This document shows, in pieces, positions 30,001 through 45,074 of a DNA stretch of 64,000 nucleotides; within the stretch, counting starts at the first letter, position 1, and each line of letters begins with the position of its first letter. Made by a program: the position numbers and the translations under genes. Source of the DNA: the human T2T-CHM13v2.0 reference genome, Homo sapiens; NCBI RefSeq assembly GCF_009914755.1, contig NC_060940.1. One strand, written 5' to 3'. The notes below the pieces were generated by a model, which ran no database searches, was not told where the DNA came from, and saw only the letters and a program-made list of their open reading frames with translations.

Positions 30001-32221
30001 CCATTCTATTCTATTCGATGATGATTCCATTCGATTCCATTCGATGATGATTGGATTCGATTCCATTTGATGATTTCATTTGATTCCATTCGTTAATGAT
30101 TTCGATCAATTCCATTCGATGATTCTATTCGATTCCATTCGATAATGATTACATCCGAGTCCATTCAGTGATTCCATTCGAGTCCATTTGATGATTCCAT
30201 TCTTTTCCATTTGATGATGATTCCATTAGGGTCCATTCAATGATTCCATTCGAGTCCATTCGTTAATGCCTTTCGAGTCCTTTTGATCACTACATTCGAG
30301 TCCATTCAATGATTCTATTCGATTCCATTCCATGATGATTCCATTCGAGTTCATTCGATGATTGCATTCGAGTCCATTTGATGATTCCATATGATTCCCT
30401 TCGACAATGATTCCATTCGTGTCCATTTGATGATTCCATTCATTTCCTATCGATGAAGATTCCATTCAAGTGTATTCGATGATTCCATTCAAATCCATTC
30501 GATGATGATTCCATTCCAGTCCATTCGATCATTCCACTTGATTCCATTTGATGACTATTCCATTCAAATCCATTTGATGATTCCATTCTATTCCATTCGA
30601 TGTTACCATTCGAGTATATACGATGATTCCACTCGATTCCATTTGATGATTATTCCATTGGAGTCCACTTAGTGAATCCTTTAGATTCTACTCGAAGATG
30701 ATTCCATTCGAGTCCATTCGATGATACCATTCAATTCCATTCGTTGATGCTTCCATTCAAGTGCATTCGATGATATCATTCGATTCCATTTGATGATAAT
30801 TCCATTTGATTCCATGCGATGATTCTATTCGATTCCATTCAATGATAATTCCATTCAATTCAGTGATTCCTCTGGACTCCATTTGATGATGATTCCATTC
30901 AATGATTCCATTCGATTCTATTCCAAAATGATTCCATTTGAATCCATTTGATGATGATTCCATTAGATTCCATTTGATGATTCCATTCGATTCCATTTGA
31001 CGATGATTCCATTCGATTCCATTTGATGATTCCATTCTATTCTATTCGATGATGATTCCATTCGATTCCATTCGATGATGATTGGATTCGATTCCATTTG
31101 ATGATTTCATTTGATTCCAATCGTTAATGATTTCGATCAATTCCATTCGATGATTCCATTCGATTCCATTCGATAATGATTACATCCGAGTCCATTCAGT
31201 GATTCCATTCGAGTCCATTTGATGATTCCATTCTTTTCCATTTGATGATGATTCCATTAGGGTCCATTCAATGATTCCATTCGAGTCCATTCGTTAATGC
31301 CTTTCGAGTCCTTTTGATCACTACATTCGAGTCCATTCAATGATTCTATTCGATTCCATTCCATGATGATTCCATTCGAGTTCATTCGATGATTGCATTC
31401 GAGTCCATTTGATGATTCCATATGATTCCCTTCGACAATGATTCCATTCGTGTCCATTTGATGATTCCATTCATTTCCTATCGATGAAGATTCCATTCAA
31501 GTGTATTCGATGATTCCATTCAAATCCATTCGATGATGATTCCATTCCAGTCCATTCGATCATTCCACTTGATTCCATTTGATGACTATTCCATTCAAAT
31601 CCATTTGATGATTCCATTCTATTCCATTCGATGTTACCATTCGAGTATATACGATGATTCCACTCGATTCCATTTGATGATTATTCCATTGGAGTCCACT
31701 TAGTGAATCCTTTAGATTCTACTCGAAGATGATTCCATTCGAGTCCATTCGATGATACCATTCAATTCCATTCGTTGATGCTTCCATTCAAGTGCATTCG
31801 ATGATATCATTCGATTCCATTTGATGATAATTCCATTTGATTCCATGCGATGATTCTATTCGATTCCATTCAATGATAATTCCATTCAATTCAGTGATTC
31901 CTCTGGACTCCATTTGATGATGATTCCATTCAATGATTCCATTCGATTCTATTCCAAAATGATTCCATTTGAATCCATTTGATGATGATTCCATTAGATT
32001 CCATTTGATGATTCCATTCGATTCCATTTGACGATGATTCCATTCGATTCCATTTGATGATTCCATTCTATTCTATTCGATGATGATTCCATTCGATTCC
32101 ATTCGATGATGATTGGATTCGATTCCATTTGATGATTTCATTTGATTCCATTCGTTAATGATTTCGATCAATTCCATTCGATGATTCCATTCGATTCCAT
32201 TCGATAATGATTACATCCGAG
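29129..32221 (+). repeat. Tandem triplication, 3 x 1,031 bp
   Basis: Identical ORFs at 29195/30226/31257 and at 29726/30757/31788. The novel junction acatccgagTCCATTCagtgattcc occurs at ~30160 and ~31191. Confidence 0.95.
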
Positions 32222-32859
32222 TCCATTCGGTGATTCCATTTGAGCCTGTTCGATAATTCCATTTGAGTCCAACCAATGATTCCATTCATTTCCATTCAAT
32301 GATTCCATTCGAGTCCATTTGATCATTCCGGTATTGTCCATTCGATGTTGATTCCATTGGAGTGCATTCGATGATTCCATTCGAGTCCATTTTATGATTT
32401 GATTCGAGTCCTTTCGATGATTCCATTCGATTCCACTCGATGATGATTTCATTAGAGTCCATTCGACACTTCCAATCGATTCCATTTGATGTTTCCATTC
32501 GAGTCCAATTGATGATTCCATTCAATTCCATTCGATGATGATTCCGTACGATTCCATTCTGTGATGATTCCATGTGATTGCATTCAATGATGATTCCTTT
32601 CGATTGCATTCGATTATGATTCATTTCGTGTTCATTCTATGGTTCCACAGGTTTCCATTCGTGTCCATTCCATTATTCCATTCTATTCCATTTGATGATG
32701 ATTCCATTCGATACCATTCATTGGTGATTCCACTCAATTCCATTCAATGATTCCATTCCATTTCTTTCAACAATGATTCCATTACTTTCTAATCGATGAT
32801 CCACTTGATTCCATTTGACGACGATTCCATTCTTGTCCATTCGATGATTCCATTTGATT

Positions 32860-35800
32860 CCATATGATGATGATTCCATTCGATTCCATACGATTATGAT
32901 TCCATTCGAGTCCATTCAATGGTGATTCCATTCAATTCCATTCGATGATTCCTTAAGATTCCATTCGATGATGATGGCATTCGATTCCTTTCAATCATTC
33001 CCTTTGATTCCATTCAAAGGTGATTTCATTCAAGTCCATTCGATAATTGCATTCGATTCCATTCTATGATGATTCCATTCGAGTCCATTTGATGATTCCA
33101 TTCAATTCAAGTCAATGATGATTCCATTCGATTCCATTCGATGATTCCATTGGATTCCATTCGATGAAGATTCCATTCAAATCCATTCGATAATTCAATT
33201 CAAGTCCATTCGATGATGATTGAAATCGAATCCATTCAAAGATTCCATTCAGTTCCATTCGATGATTCCCTTAGATTCCATTCGATGATTCCACTTGATT
33301 CCATTTACGATGATTCCATTCGATTCCATGTGATGATTCCATTCAATTCTATTCAATGCTGTTTCCATTTGATTCCATTCGACCATGATTGCCTTTGATT
33401 CCATTCAATGACTCCATTCGGTTCCTTTTGTTGATGATTCCGTTCGATTCCATTTCATTATTCCATTTGATTCCATTGGATGAGTCCATTCGATTACATT
33501 CGATGATTATTCCATTCGAGTGCATTAGATGATTCCATTCGAGTCCATTCGATGATTCCATTCGATTGCATTCGATGTTGATTCTGTTCAAATCCATTCG
33601 ATGATTCCACTCGATTCCATTCGATGACTCCAGTTGATCCCATTCGATGATTTCCTTTGATTCCCTTTGATGATCATTCCATTTGATTCAATTCGGTGAT
33701 TTCATTTGATTCCATTCAGTGATGTTTCCATTCGACTCCATTCGATGATGATTCCATTCGACTCCATTCGATTATGATTTCATTCAATTCCATTCGATAA
33801 TGATTCCCTTCGAGTCCATTCGATGATTCCATTCGATTCCATTCAACGATGATTTGATTCGTGTCCATTCGATGATTCCATTTGATTCCACTTGATGATG
33901 ATTCCATTCGAGTCCATTTGATGATTCCATTCAATTCCATTCTCCGATGATTTCTTTTGAGCCCATTCAATGCTTCCACTCGATTCCATATGATGATGAC
34001 TCCATTCGATGAAATTCGATGATGATTCCATTCGCTTGCATTCGATGATGATTCCACTTGAGTCCATTAGAAGATTCTATTCAATTACATTCCATGACGA
34101 TTCCGTTCGAGTCCATTTGATGATTCCATTAGACTCCATTCGACGATGATTCCATTCGATGTTATTCGATGATTCCATTCGATCTCATTCGATGATGATT
34201 CCATTCAACTCCATTCGATGTTTCCATTCGAGTTCATTCTATTATTCCATTAGATTCCATTCGATGATGATTCCATTCGATTCCATTTGATGATTGCATT
34301 CTATTTCATTTGATGATGATTCCATTCGAGTCCACTCGATGATTCCATTCGAGTCCATTTAATGAATCCATTGGTTTCAATTCTATGATGATTACATTGG
34401 ATTACATTCGTTGATGATTTCATTCGGTTCCATTCAATGATGATTCCATTCAATTCCTTTCAATGTTTCCATTCAATTCCATACGATGATGATTCCATTT
34501 GATTTGATTCGACAGTGAGCCATTCGATTCAATTCCATGATGATTCTATTTGACTCCATTGTTTGACATTTCCATTCGATTCCATTCGATGATGATTCCC
34601 TTTGATTCCATTCAAAGATGATTCCATTCTAGCCCATTCAATCATTCCATTCGATTCTATTCAATGATGATTCCATTCATGTCGATTTGGTGATTCCATT
34701 TGACTTCATTTGATGATGATTCCTTTCAAGTTCATTAGATGATTCCATTCGATTCCATTTGATGATGATCCCATTCGAGTCCATTCAGTGATTCCATTCG
34801 TTTCCATTCCATGATGATTCCATTCCTTTCCATTCAATGATTCCATTCGATTCCGTTTGATGATGATTTCATTCGAGTCCATTTGATGATTCCATTTGAT
34901 TCCATTCAATGATGATTCCATTCGAGTCCATTCGATGATTCTATTCGAATCCATTTGATGATTTCTTTTGATTATAGTTGGTGATGATTCCATTGGAGTC
35001 CATTCAATGATTCCATTCGATTCCAATCGATGGTGATTCCATTAGAGTCCATTTAATGATTCCATTTGATTCCAGTCTCTGATGATTACATTCGAGTCCA
35101 TACGATGATTCCACTCAATTCCATATGATGATGATTCCATTCGATTCCATTCGATGATTCCATTCTATTCTATTCAATGGTGATTCCATTCGAGTACATT
35201 AGATGATTCCATTCGATTCCATTCAATGATGATTCTATTTGTGTCCCTTAGATGATTCCACATGATTCCATTAGATGATGATACTATTTCAGCCCATCCA
35301 ATGATTCCCTTCGATTCCATTCGATGAGGATTCCATTCGATTCAATTCATTGGTGATTCTATTCAATTCAATTCTTTGATTCCATTCCATTCCATTCGAC
35401 AATGATTCCATTCGATTTCTTTCGATGATTCCACTCGATTCCACTTGACATTGATTTCCTTTGATTCCATTCAATGATTCCATTTGATTCCAGTGGATGA
35501 TGATTGCCATCGATTCCATTCGATCACTCCATTCTATTCCATTTGATGATGATTACATTCGATTCCATTTGACGATTCCATCTGATTCTATTCGAGGATT
35601 CCATTTGATTCCATTCGATGATGATTCCATTCGAGTCCATTCGATGATTTCATTCGAGTACATCCAATGATTCCATTCGAGTCCATTTGATGATTCCATT
35701 TGATTCCATTTCATAATGATTCTACTAGAGTCCATTCAATGACTCCATTGGAGTCCATTCAACACTTCCATTCGACTCCATTTGATGATTCCATTCGATT

Positions 35801-38200
35801 CCATTTGATGATTCCATTCGAGTCCATTTAATCATTACAGTCGAGTCCATTTGGTGATTCCACTGGATTTCTTTAGATAATGATACCATTCAATTACATT
35901 TGATGATGATCCCATTCAATTTCATTTGATGATGATTCCATTAGAGTCCATTCGATGATTTCATTCGAGTCCCTTCATTGATTCCATCCGATTTCATTGG
36001 ATGATGACTCCATTCGAGTCCATTCGATGATTCCACTCGATTCCATTAGATGATTCCATTGGAGTCCATTTGATTGTTCCATTCGATTCCATTCGATTCC
36101 TTTCGAAGATTATTCCATTTGAGTCCATTCGATGATGATTCCATTCCATTCCATTCGATGATTCCGTTTGATTCCATTCGATGAATCCCTTCGATTCCTT
36201 TCTTTGATGATTCCATTCCATTCCATTCAATGATTCCATTCGAATCTATTCCATGATGATTCCTTTCGATTCCATTCGCTGATGTTTCCGTTCAATTCCA
36301 TTCGATGATGATTCCATTCGATTCCATTCATTGAGGATTCCATTTGATTTCATTCAATGATGTTTCCGTTCTATTCCATTCAATGATTGCATTCAATTCC
36401 ATTCAATGATTATCCCCTTAGAGTAAACTCAACGATTCCATTCAATACCATTCGATGATGATTCCTTTTGAGTCCATTCAATGATTTCATTCAAGTCCAT
36501 TTGATGATTCCTTTCAATTCCATTCTATGATGATTCCATTCGAGTCCATTCGATGATTCCATTCGATTGCATTCGATTATTCCATTATATTCCAGTCAAC
36601 GATGATTCCATTCGAGTCCATTCGATGATTCCATTAGAGTACATTTAATGATTGCTTTGTTTTCAATTCGAAGATGATTACATTGGATTCCATTCTATGA
36701 TACCATTCGATTCCATTCAATGATGATTCCACTCAAATCCATTGGATGATTCCATTCGTGTCCATTCGGTGATTTCATTAGATTCCATTCGAGGATGATT
36801 CCATTCGATTCCATTCGATGATTCCATTCAATTCCATTCGATGATGATTCCATTCCAGTCCATATGATCATTCCATTTGATTTCATTCGATGATGATTCC
36901 ATTCGATTCCATTCGATGATTCCATTCTATTCCATTCGATGATGATTCCATTCGAGTCCATTCGATGATTCCATTCGAGTCCATTTAATGATTCCATTGG
37001 GTTCAATTCAATGATGATTACATTGGATTCCGTTCTATGATTCCATTCAATTCCGTTCATTGACAATTTGATTCCATTCGATGATGATTCCATTTGAGTT
37101 CATTCGATGATTCTATTCGATTCTCTTCGATGGTGATTCAATTCTATTATATTGGATGATTCCATTCGATTCCATTTGATGTTGATTCAATTCGATTCTA
37201 TTCGATGATGATTCCATTGGATTTCACTTGATGATTCTATTCGATTCCATTCAATGATGATTCACTTCTCGTCCATTGGATGATTCCATTTCATTCCATT
37301 CGATGATGATTCCATTCGATTCCATTCGATGATTCCATTTGATTCCATGCGACGGTGAGCAATTCGATTCAATTCCATGATGATTCTATTTGATTCAATT
37401 AGATGATGTTTCCATTCGAATCCATTCCACGATTATTCCATTGGAATCCATTTGGCGATGATTCCATATGAGTCAATTCAATGATGATTCCATATGCGTC
37501 CGTTCGATGATAATTCCATTTGATTTCATTCAATGCTTCTATTCTATTCCAGTCGATGATGATTCCGTTGGAGTCCATACGATGATTCCATTTGATTTCA
37601 TTTGATGATGATTCCATTCGATGATGATTACATTGGATTCCATTCTATGATTCCATTCAATTCCATTCGTTGATGATTCGATTCCATTCAATGATGATTC
37701 CATTTGAGTTCATTCGATGATTCTATTCGATTCCGTTCGATGGTGATTCAATTCTCTTATATTGGATGATTCCACTCGATTCCATTTGATGATTATTCCA
37801 TTGGAGTCCACTTAGTGAATCCTTTAGATTCTACTCGAAGATGATTCCATTCGAGTCCATTCAATGATACCATTCAATTTCATTCGTTGATGCTTCCATT
37901 CAAGTGCATTCGATGATATCATTCAATTCCATTTGATGATAATTCCATTTGATTCCATGCGATGATTCTATTCGATTCCATTCAATGATAATTCCATTCA
38001 ATTCAGTGATTCCTCTGGACTCCATTTGATGATGATTCCATTCAATGATTCCATTCGATTCTATTCCAAAATGATTCCATTTGAATCCATTTGATGATGA
38101 TTCCATTAGATTCCATTTGATGATTCCATTCGATTCCATTTGACGATGATTCCATTCGATTCCATTTGATGATTCCATTCTATTCTATTCGATGATGATT
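32860..38200 (+). repeat. Block homologous to window 1-5,270
   Basis: Offset 32,858 (355/33213, 491/33349, 858/33716), then 32,933 after a 75-bp indel (1773/34706, 3061/35994, 4967/37900). Confidence 0.85.
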
Positions 38201-41200
38201 CCATTCGATTCCATTTGATGATTTCATTTGATTCCATTCGTTAATGATTTCGATCAACTCCATTCGTTGATTCCATTTGATTCCATTCGATAATGATTAC
38301 ATCCGAGTCCATTCGATGATTCCATTTGAGCCCGTTCGATAATTCCATTTGAGTCCAATGAATGATTCCATTCATTTCCATTCAATGATTCCATTCGAGT
38401 CCATTTGATCATTCTGGTAGGGTCCGTTCGATGTTGATTCCATTGGAGTGCATTCGATGATTCCATTCGAGTCCATTTTATGATTTGATTCGAGTCCTTT
38501 CGATGATTCCATTCGATTCCACTCGATGATGATTTCATTCGAGTCCATTCGACACTTCCAATCGATTCCATTTGATGTTTCCATTCGAGTCCAATTGATG
38601 ATTCCATTCAATTCCATTCGATGATGATTCCGTACGATTCCATTCTGTGATGATTCCATGTGATTGCATTCAATGATGATTCCTTTCGATTGCATTCGAT
38701 TATGATTCATTTCGTGTTCATTCTATGGTTCCACATGTTTCCATTCGATGACGTTTCCGTTCGTGTCCATTCCATTATTCCATTCTATTTCATTTGATGA
38801 TGATTCCATTCGATTCCATTCATTGGTGATTCCACTCAATTCCATTCAATGATTCCATTCCATTTGTTTCAACAATGATTCCCTTAGTTTCTATTCGATG
38901 ATCCACTTGATTCCATTTGGCGATGATTCCATTCGTGTCCATTCGATGATTCCATTTGATTCCATATGATGATGATTCCATTCGATTCCATACCATGATG
39001 ATTCCATTCGAGTCCATTCAATGGTGATTCCATTCAATTCCATTCGATGATTCCTTCCGATTCCATTCGATGATGATGGCATTCGATTCCTTTCAATCAT
39101 TCCCTTTGATTCCATTCAAAGGTGATTTCATTCAAGTCCATTCGATAATTGCATTCGATTCCATTCTATGATGATTCCATTCGAGTCCATTTGATGATTC
39201 CATTCAATTCAAGTCAATGATGATTCCATTCGATTCCACTCGATGATTCCATTGGATTCCATTCGATGATGATTCCATTCAAATCCATTCGATAATTCAA
39301 TTCAAGTCCATTCGATGATGATTCCAATCGAATCCATTCAAAGATTCCATTCAATTCCATTCGATGATGATTCCCTTAGATTCCATTCGATGATTCCACT
39401 TGATTCCATTTACGATGATTCCATTCGATTCCATGTGATGAATCCATTCAATTCTATTCAATGATGTTTCCATTTGATTCCATTGGACCATGATTGCCTT
39501 TGATTCCATTCAATGATTCCATTCGGTTCCATTTGATGATGATTCCGTTCGATTCCATTTCATTATTCCATTTGATTCCATTGGATGAGTCCATTCGATT
39601 ACATTCGATGATTATTCCATTCGAGTGCATTAGATGATTGCATTCGAGTCCATTCGATGATTCCATTCGATTCCATTCGATGTTGATTCTGTTCAAATTC
39701 ATTCGATGATTCCACTTGATTCCATTCGATGACTCCATTTGATCCCATTCGATGATTTCCTGTGATTCCCTTTGATGATCATTCTATTTGATTCAATTCG
39801 GTGATTTCATTTCATTCCATTCAGTGATGTTTCCATTCGACTGTATTCGATGATGATTCCATTCGACTCCATTCGATTATGATTTCATTCAATTCCATTC
39901 AATAATGATTCCCTTCGAGTCCATTCGATGATTCCATTCGATTCCATTCAACGATGATTTGATTCGTTTCCATTCGATGATTCCATTTGATTCCACTTGA
40001 TGATGATTCCATTCGAGTCCATTTGATGATTCCATTCGAGTCTATTTATGTATTATATTCGTGTCCACTTCATGATTCCATTCAATTCCATTTAATGTTG
40101 ATTCCATTTGATTCCATTTGATGATTCAGTTCGATTCCTTGCAATGATTCCCTACGATTCCTTTCTCTGATGATTCCATTCGATTCCATTCATTGATGAT
40201 TTCATTCGACTCCATTCGATGATGATTCCTTTCGATTCCATTTGACGATGTTTCCATTCGAGTCCATTCGATGATGATTCTATTCAATTCTGTTCTATTA
40301 TGATTCCATTCGATTTCATTCAATGCTTCTATTTGATTCCATTCGATGATGATTCCATCTCTTTCCCTTCGATGATTCCATTTGATTCCATTCAGTGATG
40401 ATTCCATTTGATTCCATCTGATGATGATTTCACTTGATTCCTTTCAATGATGATTCAATTCAAGTCCATTCTATGACTCCATTGGAGTCCAAACGATCAT
40501 TCCGTTCGATTCCATTCAATGGTGATTCCATTCATGTCCATTCGATGAATCCATTCAATTCCATTCGATGATGACTCCATTCGAGTACATTCGATGATTC
40601 CATTTGATTCCATTTGAAGATGATTCCATTCAATTCCATTCGAAGATGATTCCATTCAATTCCATTCGATGATGATTCCGTATGAATCCATTCTCTGATT
40701 ATTCCATTAGATTCCATTCATTGACGATTCCATTCAATTCCATTCAATGATGATTCTCTTCTATTCCATTCGATGATTCCGGTCGATTCCATTCGATGAT
40801 GATTCCATTAGATTCCATTCGATTGTTGCATTCGATTCCCTTCGATGATGATTCCTTTGAATTCCATTCGATTATCATTCCGTATGAATCCATTTGATGA
40901 TTATTCCATTGGATTCCTTTCGATGATGATTCCGTTCGATTCCATTTGATGATTCCATTTGATTCCATTGGATGAGTCCATTCGATTACATTCGATGATT
41001 ATTCCATTCGAGTGCATTAGATGATTCCATTCGAGTCCATTCGATGATTCCATTCGAGTCCATTCGATGATTCCATTCGATTCCATTCGATGTTGATTCT
41101 GTTCAAATCCATTCGATGATTCCACTCGATTCCATTCGATGACTCCATTTGATCCCATTCTATGATTTCCTTTGATTCCCTTTGATGATCATTCCATTTG

Positions 41201-42509
41201 ATTCAATTCGGTGATTTCATTTGATTCCATTCAGTGATGTTTCCATTCGACTCCATTCGATGATGATTCCATTCGACTACATTCGATTATGATTTCATTC
41301 AATTCCATAAGATAAAGATTCCCTTCGAGTCCAATCGATGATTCCATTCGATTCCATTCAACGATGATTTGATTCGTGTCCATTCGATGATTCCATTTGA
41401 TTCCACTTGATGAGGATTCCATTCCAGTCCATTTGATGATTCCATTCAATTCCATTCTCCGATGATTTCTTTTGAGCCCATTCAATGCTTCCACTCGATT
41501 ACATATGATGATGACTCCATTCGATGAAACTCGATGATGATTCCATTCGCTTGCATTCGATGATGATTCCACTTGAGTCCGTTAGAAGATTCTATTCAAT
41601 TACATTCCATGACGATTCCGTTCGAGTCCATTTGATGATTCCATTACACTCCATTCGACAATGATTCCATTCAATGTTATTCGATGATTCCATTCGATCT
41701 CATTCGATGATGATTCCATTCAACTCCATTCGATGTTTCCATTCGAGTTCATTCTATTATTCCATTAGATTCCATTCGATGATGATTCCATTCGATTCCA
41801 TTTGATGATTGCATTCTATTTCATTTGATGATGATTCCATTCGAGTCCATTCGATGATTCCATTCGAGTCCATTTAATGAATCCATTGGTTTCAATTCTA
41901 TGATGATTATATTGGATTCCATTCGTTGATGATTTCATTCGATTCCATTCAATGATGATTCCATTCAATTCCATTCAATGATTCCATTCAATTCCATACG
42001 ATGATGATTCCATTTGATTTGATTCGACAGTGAGCCATTCGATTCAATTCCATGATGATTCTATTTGATTCACTTGGTTGACATTTCTATTCGGTTCCAT
42101 TCGATGATGATTCCATTTGATTCCATTCAAACATGATTCCATTCTAGCCCATTCAATCATTCCATTCGATTCTATTCAATGATGATTCCATTCATGTCGA
42201 TTTGGTGATTCCATTTGACTTCATTTGATGATGATTCCTTTCAAGTTCATTAGATGATTCCATTCGATTCCATTTGATGATGATCCCATTCGAGTCCATT
42301 CAGTGATTCCACTCGTTTCCATTCCATGATGATTCCATTCCATTCCATTCAATGATTCCATTCGATTCCGTTTGATGATGATTTCATTCGAGTCCATTTG
42401 ATGATTCCATTTGATTCCATTCGATGATGATTCCATTCGAGTCCATTCGATGATTCTATTCGAATCCATTTGATGATTTCTTTTGATTATATTTGGTGAT
42501 GATTCCATT

Positions 42510-44965
42510 GGAGTCCATTCAATGATTCCATTCTATTCCAATCGATGATGATTCCATTAGAGTCCATTTAATGATTCCATTTGATTCCAGTCTCTGATGA
42601 TTACATTCGAGTCCATACGATGATTCCACTCAATTCCATATGATGATGATTCCATTCGATTCCATTCGATGATTCCATTCTATTCTATTCAATGGTGATT
42701 CCATTCGAGTACATTAGATGATTCCATTCGATTCCATTCAATGATGATTCTACTTGTGTCCCTTAGATGATTCCACATGATTCCATTAGATGATGATACT
42801 ATTTGAGCCCATCCAATGATTCCCTTCGATTCCATTCGATGAGGATTCCATTCGATTCAATTCATTGGTGATTCTATTCAATTCAATTCTTTGATTCAAT
42901 TCCATTCCATTCGACAATGATTCCATTCGATTTCTTTCGATGATTCCACTCAATTTCACTTGACATTGATTCCATTCGATTCCATTCAATGATTCCATTT
43001 GATTCCAGTGGATGATGATTGCCGTCGATTCCATTCGATCACTCCATTCTGTTCCATTTGATGATGATTACATTCGATTCCATTTGATGATTCCATCTGA
43101 TTCTATTCGAGGATTCCATTTGATTCCATTCAATGATGATTCCATTCGAGTCCATTCGATGGTTTCATTCGAGTACATCCAATGATTCCATTCGAGTCCA
43201 TTTGATGATTCCATTTCATTCCATTTGATTATGATTCTACTAGAGTCCATTCAATGACTCCATTCGAGTCCATTCAACAGTTCCATCCGAGTCCATTCGA
43301 TGATTCCATTCGATTCCATTTGATGATTCCATTCGAGTCCATTTAATCATTACAGTCGAGTCCATTTGGTGATTCCACTGGATTTCTTTTGATAATGATA
43401 CCATTCAATTACATTTGATGATGATCCCATTCAATTTCATTTGATGATGATTCCATTAGTGTCCATTCCATGATTTCATTCGAGTCCCTTCATTGATTCC
43501 ATCCGATTTCATTTCATGATGACTCCATTCGAGTCCATTCGATGATTCCACTCGATTCCTTTAGATGATTCCATTGGAGTCCATTTGATTGTTCCATTCG
43601 ATTCCATTCGATTCCTTTCGAAGATTATTCCATTTGAGTCCATTCGATGATGATTCCATTCCATTCCATTCGATGATTCCGTTTGATTCCATTCGATGAT
43701 TCCCTGCGATTCCTTTCTATGATGATTCCATTCCATTCCATTCAATGATTCCATTCGAATCTATTCCATGATGATTCCTTTCGATTCCATTCGCTGATGT
43801 TTCCGTTCAATTCCATTCGATGATGATTCCATTCGATTCCATTCATTGAGGATTCCATTGGATTCCATTCAATGATGATTCCATTCTATTCCATTCAATG
43901 ATTGCATTCAATTCCATTCAATGATTATGCCATTAGAGTAAATTCAACGATTCCATTCAATACCATTCGATGATGATTCCTTTTGAGTCCATTCAATGAT
44001 TTCATTCAAGTCCATTTGATGATTCCTTTCAATTCCATTCCATGATGATTCCATTCGAGTCCATTCGATGATTCCATTCGATTGCATTCGATGATTCCAT
44101 TATATTCCATTCAACGATGATTCCATTCGAGTCCATTCGATGATTCCATTAGAGTACATTTAATGATTGCTTTGTTTTCAATTCGAAGATGATTACATTG
44201 GATTCCATTCTATGATTCCATTCGATTGCATTCATTGATGATTCCACCCAATTCCATTCGATGATGATTCCATTCGATTTCAATGATTCTACACGATTCC
44301 ATTCAATGATGATTCAATTCTATTCCGTTTGATGATTCCATTAGATTCCATTCTATGATGATTCCATTCGAGTCCATTCGAAGATTTCATTCGATTACAT
44401 TCCATGACGATTCCATTCGAGTCCATTCGATGATTCCATTTGAATCCATTCGACGATGATTCCATTTGATGCTATTCGATGATTCCATTGGATTCCATTC
44501 GATGATGATTCCATTCGACTTGATTTGATGTTTCTATTTGAGTCCATTCGGTTATTTTATTAGACTACATTCGATGATGATTCCATTCGATGCCATTCAA
44601 TGATTCCATTTGATTCCACTCAATGATGATTGCATTCGTGTCCATTCGATGATTCCATTTGGTTCCATTTGATGATGATTCCATTCGAGTCCATTCGATG
44701 ATACCATTCAATTCCATTCGATGATCATTCCATTCGAATCCATTTGATGATTCCACTCAATTCCATTTGATGACTCCTTTCATTCCCATTCGATGATTCC
44801 CTTCAGTTCCAATTGGATGATCTTTCCATTTGATTCAATATGGTGACTCCATTCTATTATATTCAATGATGATTCCATTCGACTCCATTAGATGATGACT
44901 TCATTCCATTCCATTCGATTGTGATTTCATTCGATTCCATTCGAAGATGATTCCATTCGAGTCCA
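42510..44965 (+). repeat. ~2.45-kb block duplicated at ~52,415-54,870 (offset 9,904)
   Basis: ORF pairs 42786/52690, 43068/52972, 43509/53413, 44565/54469. Private markers: acagttccatccga, ttccctgcgatt, ggttattttattagactac. Confidence 0.88.
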
Positions 44966-45074
44966 TTTGATGATTCCATTCGATTCCATTCAATGATGAT
45001 TCCACTCAAATCCATTGGATGATTCCATTCGTTTCCAATTGGTGATTTCATTAGATTCCATTCGAGGATGATTC

